A stretch of DNA of 64,000 bases from an uncultured delta proteobacterium. GTDB lineage: Bacteria; Desulfobacterota; Desulfuromonadia; Geobacterales; DSM-12255. Both the position numbers and the translations under genes were made by a program. The first letter of the stretch is position 1. The number at the start of each line of letters is the position of its first letter. The notes beneath the pieces are model-generated. The model worked only from the letters and a program-made list of their open reading frames with translations, had not been told where the DNA came from and made no database searches. Below, piece by piece: positions 8,858 through 19,464 of the stretch. Location of the stretch: assembly GCA_963787125.1 (NCBI GenBank), contig CAWBBV010000024.1:96001-160000 (forward strand), read 5' to 3'.

Positions 8858-9622
8858 ATGCGAGATTTATTCCTTACAGCTGTTTTCGTTTTATTTGCTT
8901 TGTCAGGGGCATCTGAAGGTGCAGGTAAAAAAATATCCGAAATGGGCAATAAACATAATTTCTCCTATGGAAATATCTCAGCCAACTTCCGCGCTATTCC
9001 CGGTGATTCTCTGACGAGATATGACAGAAGCTCGCAGATTTGCGTTTTCTGTCACACTCCACACCGGTCGAGCAGTGAAGGGCCTCTCTGGAATAGAGCT
9101 GCATCCAGCCGGACTTTCAAACACTTTTCATCCTCAACCCTTGCCATTGATGACGCTGCTGTCAAGGGGGCAAGTGACTACGGTCAGCCCAACGGTTCAT
9201 CACGGCTCTGCCTTAGCTGCCATGACGGCGTGACAGCGCTTGGCGCGGTGTTTACTACTCCAGGTAGAGCGACTTCCGAGCCTATTCATTTCATTAATCA
9301 GAGAACCGGTCAAACCGGTCCTAATGTAGCTATCGGCTATGAGACTTTTTCGAGTCATCATCCGGTCTCATTCAAGTATGATGCTACAGTGAGAAATCTT
9401 CTCAGAAGTCCACCTTACAATAAATCAGAATACTGGTGGAGTCCCACATCTAATGATGTCAAGCTCGACAAGCAGGAGCGGATGCAGTGCAAGACCTGTC
9501 ATGACCCTCATCAGGACAGATCGGATGTCCCAAGTCCAATGAATCCTTTATGGACCGCCAAGACTTACGCTGAAGTCTGTCTGACATGTCATAACGTAAT
9601 ACCTACAGTCATTCCATGGTAG
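8858..9622 (+). CDS. Exported tetraheme cytochrome c, OmcE-family-like
   Basis: Four CxxCH motifs (CVFCH, CLSCH, CKTCH, CLTCH); KH..S, QICVFCHTPH..PLWNR, CHDG and HPV.F segments recall OmcE. Confidence 0.88.
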   Translation: MRDLFLTAVFVLFALSGASEGAGKKISEMGNKHNFSYGNISANFRAIPGDSLTRYDRSSQICVFCHTPHRSSSEGPLWNRAASSRTFKHFSSSTLAIDDAAVKGASDYGQPNGSSRLCLSCHDGVTALGAVFTTPGRATSEPIHFINQRTGQTGPNVAIGYETFSSHHPVSFKYDATVRNLLRSPPYNKSEYWWSPTSNDVKLDKQERMQCKTCHDPHQDRSDVPSPMNPLWTAKTYAEVCLTCHNVIPTVIPW

Positions 9623-9630
9623 CGTTGATT

Positions 9631-10707
9631 ATGAAATTTACACTTTACTTCAATTTGCTGATTGTCCTTTTACAGATTTTTTCAGGAAATGCTTTGGCCG
9701 GGGCTCATCTTGATAAGCTGAAGCTGCCCGCAGGCTGTGCAACTTGTCACTATAAGGCAAGTCTCAAGGGTGGTGGCGGTTCTGCCGGGTGCGTTGTTTG
9801 TCACGGTAATCCGCAACGAAGGGCTCAAAGCGCAAAAGTTCCCATGGTGAATGCGCTAAATATTGGTGATCTCAAGAATATCGAGGCTGAATTTTTCAAG
9901 ACTTTCAGGCATCCGGTTTTTGATACACCCGGTATCCACAGGACTAACGAAATCCTCCCTGAAGTAGATACAAAGGCTTTGAGGCATGCGGATTGTGTTG
10001 ACTGTCATCACCCTCATTACGTTTCAAAAGAGAACATGTATGCTGGTCTTAAAGGGAAAAAAGTGGTAAGCCAGTTTACGGAGTCTGTCAGAGAAGCTGA
10101 ACTCTGCTACCTTTGTCATGGTGATTCTGCCAACCTCCCCGGTAAATATGCCAATAAGAGGATTGAGTTTCAACTTACTAATCCGTCTTATCATCCAGTG
10201 CAGGGTGAAGGAAAGAGCTCGACTGTTATAAGTCTCATCCGTCCTTATAAAGAGAAAAAAATAGCCGCTACTGATGTATCGGTTATTTCATGTTCCGATT
10301 GCCACGGTAACGATGACAGCAACGGGCCTAAAGGCGTGCATGGTTCGCGTAACCGGTTCATTCTCAAAGATAATTTCGACGCTTCCGACAATATTGTAGA
10401 GGGTACCCAGACGTATGCGCTCTGTTATCGTTGCCACAGTCGTTCCAGTATTCTTGCAAACGAGAGCTTCAGGTTTCATTCCATGCACATCCAGGGTAAG
10501 TCTGTTTCCAAGCCAGGGACGTCGTGTTATACCTGCCACAATTCTCACGGCAGTGTTGAGTTTAAATATTTATTAATGTTTAACAAGTCTGTGGTTTCAC
10601 CAACTTCCAAAGGATTGCTGAAGTTTGTTGAGAAAGGAACAGCAAAGTTCAGTGGCGAATGTTATCTTACTTGTCATGGAGTTGAACATAACCCTAAATC
10701 GTATTGA
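9631..10707 (+). CDS. Multiheme cytochrome c (7 CxxCH plus 1 CxxxCH)
   Basis: CATCH, CVVCH, CVDCH, CYLCH, CSDCH, CYRCH, CYTCH, plus CYLTCH near the C-terminus; signal peptide. Confidence 0.9.
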   Translation: MKFTLYFNLLIVLLQIFSGNALAGAHLDKLKLPAGCATCHYKASLKGGGGSAGCVVCHGNPQRRAQSAKVPMVNALNIGDLKNIEAEFFKTFRHPVFDTPGIHRTNEILPEVDTKALRHADCVDCHHPHYVSKENMYAGLKGKKVVSQFTESVREAELCYLCHGDSANLPGKYANKRIEFQLTNPSYHPVQGEGKSSTVISLIRPYKEKKIAATDVSVISCSDCHGNDDSNGPKGVHGSRNRFILKDNFDASDNIVEGTQTYALCYRCHSRSSILANESFRFHSMHIQGKSVSKPGTSCYTCHNSHGSVEFKYLLMFNKSVVSPTSKGLLKFVEKGTAKFSGECYLTCHGVEHNPKSY

Positions 10708-10807
10708 TAAAGTTAGAACTTATACTGATTATCAGGGTTAGATTTCAGAAGTATGCCCCTCTTTGGGTTGTTTATAATTCTATTTTCAAAGTACAACTGA
10801 CTTAACT

Positions 10808-12016
10808 ATGCCACTATACACATGTAAAATAGGCTCTGCTGACGGCAAAATCATCGAGAAGGAGTTTGAGGCCGTCAGTGCGGATATCCTCAAGCAAAAC
10901 CTGACTTCCCAGGGTTTTTTCGTTTTCAGTGTCAGTAAGAAGCCTTTTCAGTTTATCTGGAAAAAAGGTGCTTTACGTAAAAAAATCGACACCAAGGGTC
11001 TGATAACCTTCAATCAGGAACTGCTTGTGCTCATCAAGTCCGGTCTGCCGATTATGCATGCTCTCGATACCATCCTTGAGAGGATTGAAAAAGGGCGACT
11101 TGCCGAGGTTCTGGAGACCATCCGTGACGACATAAAGGGGGGGAGTTCGCTGTCTGATGCCTTTGAGCGCCATCCAAGCGCATTTGCCCCTCTCTACATC
11201 GCCTCTATCCGCGCCGGCGAACGCACCGGCGACCTTCCGCAGACGATAAAACGTTATATAACTTTTCTGAAAAAAACTGAGGGTTTCAGGAAAAAAGTCA
11301 TAACAGCCTTATTTTATCCGGCTATACTGTTATCAGTTGCTTTTGTAGCGATAACACTGCTGCTGGTTTATGTCGTGCCGACCTTCAGTCAGGTTTATGC
11401 AGACGCAGGCTCCAAGCTGCCAACGCCTACACTTATACTTATCGGTTTTACTTCAGTGCTGAAAAAGATTTTCCCGTTTTTAATTGGGGCACTCTTTTTG
11501 GGCGTGTATCTTTTTAAAAAATGGATTAATACAGACTCTGGCAGAATCACTGTTGACAGGTTTCTGCTGAGGATTCCAGTGCTCGGAGATATCTTCTCAA
11601 AGTATTCTATTGTCAGTTTTACCAGAACACTTGCCACTATTATTGAGAGCGGTATCCCGATAGTCGAGTCTCTTAAGATGTCGGTTGGAACCCTTAACAA
11701 CAAGATTCTTGAAGGGCGGCTGATATCCGCCATCAGGCGTGTTGAAGAGGGTGTCTCCTTGAGTGTCGCCATTGACGGGGCAAAGCTGATGCCCACCCTG
11801 GCTTTGCGTATGCTCAGTGTCGGGGAGTCGTCCGGTTCGCTTGAAGAGATGCTGGAAGGGATCTCAGACTACTTTGAGGAAGAGCTTGATCAGCGGCTTC
11901 ATCTGTTGAGCACAGCTATAGAGCCGGCAATAATGGTTGTTATGGGAGTTGTCATCGGGACAATTATCGTTACCATGTATCTGCCGGTATTCAAGATTGC
12001 CGGGACAGTCGGATAA
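10808..12016 (+). CDS. Type II secretion/type IV pilus inner-membrane platform protein (GspF/PilC family)
   Basis: LLVLIKSGLPI, AGERTG.L, YPAILL, VGESSGSLEEML, IEPAIM, YLPVF. Confidence 0.93.
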   Translation: MPLYTCKIGSADGKIIEKEFEAVSADILKQNLTSQGFFVFSVSKKPFQFIWKKGALRKKIDTKGLITFNQELLVLIKSGLPIMHALDTILERIEKGRLAEVLETIRDDIKGGSSLSDAFERHPSAFAPLYIASIRAGERTGDLPQTIKRYITFLKKTEGFRKKVITALFYPAILLSVAFVAITLLLVYVVPTFSQVYADAGSKLPTPTLILIGFTSVLKKIFPFLIGALFLGVYLFKKWINTDSGRITVDRFLLRIPVLGDIFSKYSIVSFTRTLATIIESGIPIVESLKMSVGTLNNKILEGRLISAIRRVEEGVSLSVAIDGAKLMPTLALRMLSVGESSGSLEEMLEGISDYFEEELDQRLHLLSTAIEPAIMVVMGVVIGTIIVTMYLPVFKIAGTVG

Positions 12017-12019
12017 TTT

Positions 12020-13741
12020 ATGAGTATTGCTTTTAGCAGAAAAAAAATCGGTGAGATTCTTGCGGAGCACGGTGATATAACCGTCGGCCAGCTGGCTTAT
12101 GTTGTCGAAAAGCTCAAGAGCAGCTCTTTACGTTTCGGTGATCTCTGCATTCAGGAAGGGCTGGTTTCGGAGGATCTCCTTTACAAGGCGCTTGCAGCGC
12201 AGTTTTCCCTTGAGTTTGTCGATCTTTCTGAATTCAGACTTGATGAGCAGGTGCTTGCGCTCTTCCCGGCTGACATAATCTATCGGTACACTTTCGTTCC
12301 TTTGGAGATTGTCGGGGAAGCCATTGCGATTGCTATCTCCGATCCTACTGACGTGGTGAAACTTGACGATCTCGAGCTTTTGCTCGACAGGCAGCTAATT
12401 CTCAAGATTGCCACCCCATCAAGCATTCAGTTGCTGCTGAAAAAAGGTGATGGTACCAGCCGGGTTCTGAAAGAAGTCTCTGAAGATTTCATGCTGCAGC
12501 TCGTCACTGAGACTGAAAAAGGCGAGGAGGTTCTCTCTGTTGAGGGGATATCTGCCGATACAAGTCCGATCATAAAGCTGCTTAATTCAACGATTATGGA
12601 TGCACTCTCCCGCAGAGCCAGCGATATTCATATCGAGACTGCCATGGAGGGTGTTGTCATCAAGTACAGGATTGACGGCGTTCTTTACAAAGCTACCGAC
12701 GTGATAGACATGCATTTCCAGGGGCCGATAATTTCTCGTCTCAAAGTCATGAGCGAGCTGGACATCTCGGAGCGCAGGGTTCCGCAGGATGGCCGTTTCA
12801 AGCTGCGTATCGGCAGCAAGTCCATTGACTTCCGGGTCTCCATAATGCCCAGCGCTTTCGGCGAAGACGCAGTTATTCGTATTCTTGACAAAGAAAGTAT
12901 TGCCAGTGATCTTAAAGGGCTGACTCTGAACGTTCTTGGCATAACAGAGCATGAGATCAAAAGGCTCAGAAAGATGGTGCGTGAACCCTATGGAATGGTG
13001 CTGGTCACCGGTCCGACAGGCTCAGGCAAAACAACCACGCTTTATGCCGCTCTGACTGAAATTCATACAGGTGAAGAAAAAATTATAACCATTGAGGATC
13101 CTGTTGAATATCTGCTTAAAGGGATCGTCCAGATACCTGTTAATGAAAAGAAGGGCCTGACCTTTGCCAAGGGGCTCCGCTCCATCTTGAGGCATGACCC
13201 TGACAAGATCATGGTCGGTGAAATTCGTGACTCTGAGACAGCACAGATCGCCGTTCAGTCAGCACTTACCGGACACCTGGTCTTTACTACCGTTCACGCC
13301 AACAATGCTTTTGATGTTATCGGCCGTTTCATTCATATGGGTATTGATCCTTACAATTTTGTTTCCTGTTTGAATTGCGTCATGGCGCAACGGCTGGTGC
13401 GAAAAGTTTGTCCCAAATGCAAACAGCCGGTCAAGTATAGTGATGAGCAGCTGCTTGAATCAGCCATAAATCCTGAGTTATGCAGGGATGTGGTCTTTTA
13501 CGAAGCAAAAGGGTGCGAAGATTGCAACAATACGGGTTATCGCGGTCGCTCAGCTATTGTCGAACTGCTCGATCTTACCGATGAGCTGCGAGAGCTGATT
13601 GTCTCAAAGGCTCCTGCCGCGGTTCTCAAAAAAGCTGCCCGTGAAGCTGGGACCATGTTTCTCAGGGAGTCGGCAGTGGAAAAGGTTTTTTGCGGTGAGA
13701 CCACTATCAAAGAAATCAACCGGGTCACTTTCGTGGAGTAA
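12020..13741 (+). CDS. Type II secretion ATPase (GspE/PulE family)
   Basis: ASDIHIE, RRVPQDGR, Walker A GPTGSGKTT, TIEDPVE, LRHDPD, Zn motifs CPKC/CEDC. Confidence 0.95.
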   Translation: MSIAFSRKKIGEILAEHGDITVGQLAYVVEKLKSSSLRFGDLCIQEGLVSEDLLYKALAAQFSLEFVDLSEFRLDEQVLALFPADIIYRYTFVPLEIVGEAIAIAISDPTDVVKLDDLELLLDRQLILKIATPSSIQLLLKKGDGTSRVLKEVSEDFMLQLVTETEKGEEVLSVEGISADTSPIIKLLNSTIMDALSRRASDIHIETAMEGVVIKYRIDGVLYKATDVIDMHFQGPIISRLKVMSELDISERRVPQDGRFKLRIGSKSIDFRVSIMPSAFGEDAVIRILDKESIASDLKGLTLNVLGITEHEIKRLRKMVREPYGMVLVTGPTGSGKTTTLYAALTEIHTGEEKIITIEDPVEYLLKGIVQIPVNEKKGLTFAKGLRSILRHDPDKIMVGEIRDSETAQIAVQSALTGHLVFTTVHANNAFDVIGRFIHMGIDPYNFVSCLNCVMAQRLVRKVCPKCKQPVKYSDEQLLESAINPELCRDVVFYEAKGCEDCNNTGYRGRSAIVELLDLTDELRELIVSKAPAAVLKKAAREAGTMFLRESAVEKVFCGETTIKEINRVTFVE

Positions 13742-13743
13742 TA

Positions 13744-14670
13744 ATGATTTTTCAAGGTAGATCCCTTGGGCTTGAAATACATCAATACGGCTACTCATGG
13801 GTACTTGCAACCGGTTCCCAAGACTCGCCAGTCATTGAACGCTACGAAGTCTCAAGTTTTTCTGATGAGATTCTCAAGCCATCTATAAAAGAGCCTAACA
13901 TCATAAAGCCGGCGTCTTTAGGTGCGTTGCTTGCCGAATCCTATCAAAAGCTGGCTATGGATATAAAAAGAGTCTCTTTATCAATCCCGGACACCTCCGG
14001 GAAAGTAATGATTATTGAGATGGATGCGCCGATAAAAAATAAGGAAGAGGGGGTTGATCAGGTTAAGTGGAAACTTAAAAAAAGTTTTCCGGTAGACTTA
14101 AGTGAACTTCATCTTGATTATCACCTATTAAAGGTGGATGACACCGGCAATTCAACACTTCTCGTCGCTCTGGCTTCACGGAAAATTATTAATGAATATG
14201 AAGAGCTGCTGCTCTCCATATCCCTGGAACCTTCAAAAATAGACTTTGCCACTTTCAATCAGTACCGGCTTTTTGCGAGTCGACTTGAGATTGATCAACA
14301 TCTGGCCTTTATTGTCTGTTTTAGAGGGTCGCTGACCGTAATGATTTTTCAGGATGGGACCCTTGACTTTTTCAGGAGCAAATTTATTAGTACCGCAGTA
14401 AACGATCCGGTGAGACTCTATCGTGAGGTAAACAGCTCCCTTCTTGTCTACTCTGATTCCAAAGGTGGCTTGAAACCGCAACGACTGTTTTATTATGCTT
14501 CTCCGGCAGAGAGAGCACTTCTTAGGAGCGTGATTTTTGAGGCTACTGGAGCGGAGCCGGCTCTTGTGGATACTGACGCCATGATCAGCGCAGCAAAACA
14601 GAAAATCGACAGAGCTATCCTGCCAGAGGTTCTAAGTGCACTGGGAGCAGCATCAAGGAGTCAGAGATGA
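13744..14670 (+). CDS. PilM-like alignment protein
   Basis: Position after the ATPase; SLGLEI start; actin-like PilM character. Confidence 0.7.
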   Translation: MIFQGRSLGLEIHQYGYSWVLATGSQDSPVIERYEVSSFSDEILKPSIKEPNIIKPASLGALLAESYQKLAMDIKRVSLSIPDTSGKVMIIEMDAPIKNKEEGVDQVKWKLKKSFPVDLSELHLDYHLLKVDDTGNSTLLVALASRKIINEYEELLLSISLEPSKIDFATFNQYRLFASRLEIDQHLAFIVCFRGSLTVMIFQDGTLDFFRSKFISTAVNDPVRLYREVNSSLLVYSDSKGGLKPQRLFYYASPAERALLRSVIFEATGAEPALVDTDAMISAAKQKIDRAILPEVLSALGAASRSQR

Positions 14671-15197
14671 ATTTCAACATTAACCTTGCTACGAAGGTTT
14701 ATGTCGATTTCAGAAAGGTCAATATCTGTTTTGCGATAGCAGGAGTTGTCGTCGCTTTCTGGTTGATGCTCTCGATCTATACTGCCGTTAATTATGCTGC
14801 TGAGATGCAGAAGCTCACCGACTACAAAGCAAAACTGAGCCATGGCACTAATGCAAGAAAAGTTTCAGAAAAGGAGTACACTGCCTTTCTTGCCAATCTG
14901 AAAAACGTAAATTCTATTCTTTATAAACGCTCTTTTGACTGGCTTTTACTGTTTGCCAATCTTGAACAGCTTGTTCCGGAGGGTGTCGCTTTAAGAGAGG
15001 TTGTGCCTGCTGATAAAGGTGCGGTTGTCAGGCTTTCCGGTAGCGCCAGAAGCTTTTCAGCGGTGCGCAGGTTCATAGAGAACCTGGAGAGCTCGAAGAC
15101 ATTCGGCGATATTTATCTGACCAGTCATACAGCTCTTAAAGACGGGCCTCAGAAAGGGATAACTTTCAGTGTTACCTGTAAGGCAATGCTCCTATGA
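14667..15197 (+). CDS. PilN-like protein
   Basis: N-terminal INLA motif, one TM, W..L...LE..VPEGV.L, LSGSA. Confidence 0.78.
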   Translation: MNFNINLATKVYVDFRKVNICFAIAGVVVAFWLMLSIYTAVNYAAEMQKLTDYKAKLSHGTNARKVSEKEYTAFLANLKNVNSILYKRSFDWLLLFANLEQLVPEGVALREVVPADKGAVVRLSGSARSFSAVRRFIENLESSKTFGDIYLTSHTALKDGPQKGITFSVTCKAMLL

Positions 15198-15751
15198 ATA
15201 TATCTATTCTGAAGCAGATTCTGTTACTGAGGAAGCGGACGCTGATTTGTCTCGCCGTTCTTTTTGCCTTTGCCATTGCTCTGCAACTTTTTATCAATCA
15301 GTATCAGGTTCCAAGGGTCGAAAAACTCCAGGGTGAGTGGACAAAGCTGCGTGAGCAGGAAGGTCGAGGGGCTGCGCTCCAGGACAGGGACACCATTTAC
15401 CGAAACGGTATTGCTGATTTGGCAAAATTTCGTGAAAGGGTCTACCCGAAAATCCAGTTTGCCAGATTCATTAGTGATCTGTATGAAGTTGCAGCCAAAA
15501 ACGGTCTCGATCTTGTCGCAATCACCTATAAACCGACTCTCAGTACGGAAGAACAGCTATTGAGTTATGCTCTTACGCTATCAGTCAATGGTAACTATCC
15601 TCAGCTGAAAAGATTTATTTATGATCTGGGCTCCGGGGGGGGGAATATCCTGACGATTGACTCCGTCTCGATTACAGCAAGTGGAGTTGCAGCCGAAACT
15701 GTTCAGCTACAACTGCAGTTAACTTCATATTTCAGGATGGAGGCGCCATGA
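15194..15751 (+). CDS. PilO-like protein
   Basis: One TM, coiled coil, GNYPQLKRFIYDL motif. Confidence 0.78.
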   Translation: MNISILKQILLLRKRTLICLAVLFAFAIALQLFINQYQVPRVEKLQGEWTKLREQEGRGAALQDRDTIYRNGIADLAKFRERVYPKIQFARFISDLYEVAAKNGLDLVAITYKPTLSTEEQLLSYALTLSVNGNYPQLKRFIYDLGSGGGNILTIDSVSITASGVAAETVQLQLQLTSYFRMEAP

Positions 15752-16362
15752 ACAGGCAGAGGGCCATCCTTGCGGTGCTAATCGCTGTTTTTGCCTGTTC
15801 GCTTGTTTACAGTTTTATTCGTATGCCGCGGCAAAAGAGAGTTGACAAGCTTACCTATCAACCGGGAATGACTGCGCAGCCGGTTAAACCGGTGCTTAAT
15901 AAGGATGTTGATTCGGTCAGAGTCAGACTTGATCTCCTTGAGAGGACTAAAGGTTTTGGGCCGACAGGGGGGAAAAACGTCTTCTTGCCGCTCTTCGAAA
16001 CTGGAATTAAAAAATCATCTGTTCCATTGCCACCGCCGCCACCACCACCAGTAAAGAATGTTGCACCACCACCTTCTCTGCAGGTGCAGGCGCCACCGCC
16101 ACAAACTATTGAGCCGACACCTTTGCAGCGCGATCTGGCGACATTTACCTTTCTCGGGTTTTTGAAGAAGGAGAATAGAAAGACGATCTTTCTATCCAAC
16201 GGTAAGGAGATTTTCGTCGTTAAGCAGGGGGATAAGATTGCCGGAAAATATGATGTGTCTGCCCTTACTGATGAAGCGCTTACAATCACGAGCCTTCAGG
16301 ATGGTGGTGAGATCGTTATCCCGCTTGTAGAAAACAGACCGCTTGCAGCACCGAAAAGATGA
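15748..16362 (+). CDS. PilP/GspC-like protein
   Basis: N-terminal TM, polyproline linker, C-terminal FLGF...IFVVKQGDKI domain; precedes the secretin. Confidence 0.65.
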   Translation: MNRQRAILAVLIAVFACSLVYSFIRMPRQKRVDKLTYQPGMTAQPVKPVLNKDVDSVRVRLDLLERTKGFGPTGGKNVFLPLFETGIKKSSVPLPPPPPPPVKNVAPPPSLQVQAPPPQTIEPTPLQRDLATFTFLGFLKKENRKTIFLSNGKEIFVVKQGDKIAGKYDVSALTDEALTITSLQDGGEIVIPLVENRPLAAPKR

Positions 16363-16386
16363 CCCGCTTATTTTAGGAGACTGACG

Positions 16387-18967
16387 ATGAAAATCGTAAT
16401 GAAAATAGCCTTTTTGACAGTTATTGCAGCACTGACTGCCTGCACTGCAGGGCGCACATCATTTGACAAAGGACAGGACCTCGAGCACAACGGAAAGTAT
16501 GATGCGGCGGTGCTGAAGTATGCTGAGGCCGTCTCCATTAATCCTGACCTGAGCGAATACAGGCTCGCATTTCTCAGGGCAAGCGAAGCGGCAGCAAAGC
16601 TACACCTTAAGTCCGGTGATGAACTCTTTGCAGCAAAGCGCTATGATGAGGCGTATACCGCCTATGAAAGCGCCATGGTTATGGACCCTTCGCAAAGTCG
16701 TTCCAAGCAGCAGATGGAGCTGATAACCAAGTTTAGAAAATCTCAGCAGCTCTTTAATGAGGGAGCTGCCTATGAGAAAGAGAATAAAAATAAGGAGGCA
16801 GTGCGTTCCTACCAAAAGTCCCTAAACTTCAATCCGAGTAACAGGGCGTCGGCTGAAGCTGTCGAACGCCTGCTGAAAACAAGGAAAGTGAGGACTGAGG
16901 GGTTTGAACTGAACCTTAAATCAACAAAACCGATTACCCTTAAGTTCAAGGATGCCAAGATAAAGGATGTCTTCAATATTATAGCGCAACTTTCCGGGAT
17001 TAATTTCATTTTTGACGAAGGGGTTAAAGAGGCAAATGTTACGGTTTATCTTGAAAATGCGACCTTTCAGCAAGCTCTGGATATCATCTGTGGTATGCAT
17101 AAGCTGAACAGAAAAGCGCTTAATGAGAGCACCGTTATCGTTTACCCACGGACTCCGGATAAAAACAAGCAGTATGAGGAATTATACGTCCAGACATTCT
17201 TTCTTAACAAACTCGACGCAAAGAAAGCGGTTAATCTGATCCGGACGATGTTGCAGGTTAAAAAAATATATGTGAACGAAGAGATGAATACCCTCGTTTT
17301 ACGAGACTCAGCCGATGTAATTGAGGTGGCAAGACGAATACTGGAAGCCAATGATGTGCCTGACGCAGAAGTCGTGCTTGAAGTTGAGGTGATTGAAGTT
17401 GCCAAAAAGAATGCCGAGAGCTTCGGTCTTGCTTTAAGTCGGTATGCTGTCGATTTACATGCTACCGGGCCTGCCGGGAAATTCCTGAATTCTAACTTCG
17501 TTTCAACCGATACTGTTGCAGCTGCAAGCAACAACCTTACGACAGCGGCCGGTAATTCCGTTTCAGCGGCAACAACTCTTACCAGGTCTGACACGAGTCA
17601 GCTTGTTAATCTTTTCAGATGGGGTGATTACAACGGTTACATCACTGTGCCGAGTGCTACGTTCAATTTTGGAAAGACCCTTGGCAATGCCGAGACACTT
17701 TCGAATCCGAAGATTCGCGTCAAAAACAGAGAGAAGGCGAAGTTTAACGTCGGTACAAGAGTTCCGATTACAACAACTTCAAGTAACGGAGTCGGCAATT
17801 ACAACGTTAATGTTCAGTACGTTGATGTCGGCGTAAAGATAAATGCCGAGCCTACCATTCAACTTAACAATGATGTCAATATAAAGCTTGGCCTTGAGGT
17901 CAGCTCAATTCTTTCCAAGGAGAAAGTTGGCTCTGATGGCAATACAACTGTCGCAACCATAGGCACAAGGAACATGGACACCGTCCTTTCACTCAGGGAT
18001 GGCGAAACAAGTGTTATCGGTGGACTAATCCAGGACACTAAAAACTTTAATACTCAAAAAGTGTCTATCCTTGGAGATATTCCAATAATCGGCAATCTTT
18101 TTTCCAATAAGGAAAATGCAACAGACAAGACTGAGCTGATTCTGGCAATAACTCCGAGAATTGTTCGTGGCATAACTGTTTCTGATCCTGAAATCGCTTC
18201 ATTCTGGTCTGGTCTGGAGGATGATCCTTCAATAGCGAAACGATATGAGTCGTTTACCCCGGAGCCAGAGTTTTCTGTTCAGGCTAAAGTATCTGGCCCA
18301 CAGACAACTGACCAGGCGTCTCAGCAGAGCTTTGCTCAACCTCAACCTGTAAAACCACAAATTCCGCAGACACCACCGACTATCTCTGTTGTCGAGCCTA
18401 AACCCGTTGTTGACAAACCCTCAGGCTGTTACGAGTGCTCCTGCGGCTGTTCCTGTCTCTAACCTTAACGAGAAACTTCCCTTGATTGTCAGTCAGCCAA
18501 AACAGCCGGTTTCAGAGCCTGTCGCAGCACTTCCTCCTCCTCAGGTAAAGAGGATTGCTGTCAGAATTTCGGCGCCGGCCGTTGTGAAGCAAAACCAGTC
18601 GTTTACAGCCGATATCATTGCTTCTGAGGCTGACAATCTCATTTCTGCCCCTTTAACACTGGTTTTTGATCCGGCGATTCTTGAGGTTGTCACTGTTGCC
18701 GAAGGTGATCTTTTCAAAAAAGATGGTAAAGCAGCTCAATTTACCAATAAAGTGGATAATCAAGGCGGCCAGATTATTGTCAAACTCTCAAGAGATGCCG
18801 AATCCGGCGGGATCTCGGGTGGCGGCAAACTCTTTTCAGTGAGCTTTATGGCAAAGAATAAAGGACCTGCCAGTATCGGTTTTGTTGGGGTCAAGCTGGT
18901 TGGTCAGTCAGGCAAGACGATAGATTCGACACTTTACAACACAGTTGTTGAGGTAAAACAGCCTTGA
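16387..18967 (+). CDS. TPR-secretin (PulQ/GspD-like lipoprotein) with C-terminal cohesin-like domain, split by a +1 frameshift near 18418-18420
   Basis: ORF 16387-18462 has lipobox LTAC, TPRs and the secretin core (LSNPKIRV, YVDVGVK, LGDIPIIGNLF, ELILAITPRIV). ORF 18389-18967 in the +1 frame continues the Pro/Ala linker into a cohesin-like domain. Removing one C of CCC gives a single 859-aa ORF. Confidence 0.85.
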
Positions 18968-19461
18968 ATGGAGTTGCTTTTGGCAGAAAGGCTGGCTTAA
19001 GTCTGGTTGAGCTGATCATGACTCTCACGATACTTTCCATTCTGGCCTCCCTGATTATCCCCTCTGCCCAGATGATTTCCAAGCGGAACAAGGAGATTGA
19101 ATTAAGGAGAAATCTGAGAGTTATCAGGAATGCTATTGATGATTTCAAGAAGACTTACGAAAAAGGTGTAGATGATAAAAAAATAATCCCTAGTCTGAAC
19201 AAAAGCGGTTATCCCGAGTCGCTGGATATTTTAGTGGAAGGTCATGATTTTGGCGGTTTACTGAAAGAGAAGAAAAAATTTCTTCGTCGGGTACCTTGTG
19301 ACCCCTTTAGTAGCGACAGACAGAGATCATGCAAAGAGAGTTGGGGCGTAAGATCCTACACTGACAAGGAATGTTCGGATAAACTGGGAGATGATCTCTA
19401 TGATGTCTGTTCAATGAGCGATGCAACAGCCATTGACGGGACAAAGTACAAGGACTGGTAA
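18964..19461 (+). CDS. Type II secretion pseudopilin (GspG-like)
   Basis: Prepilin motif G|LSLVELI; GYPESLD.L; ends DGTKYKDW. Confidence 0.88.
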   Translation: MNGVAFGRKAGLSLVELIMTLTILSILASLIIPSAQMISKRNKEIELRRNLRVIRNAIDDFKKTYEKGVDDKKIIPSLNKSGYPESLDILVEGHDFGGLLKEKKKFLRRVPCDPFSSDRQRSCKESWGVRSYTDKECSDKLGDDLYDVCSMSDATAIDGTKYKDW

Positions 19462-19464
19462 GAA

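Noticed and set aside
15635..15643. G9 tract in the pilO-like gene as a phase-variation switch
   Set aside because: The frame is intact, it encodes Gly-Gly-Gly, and there is no other evidence.
18421..18462. Metallothionein-like tail GCYECSCGCSCL on the secretin
   Set aside because: Out-of-frame reading of Ala/Val/Pro codons after the frameshift.
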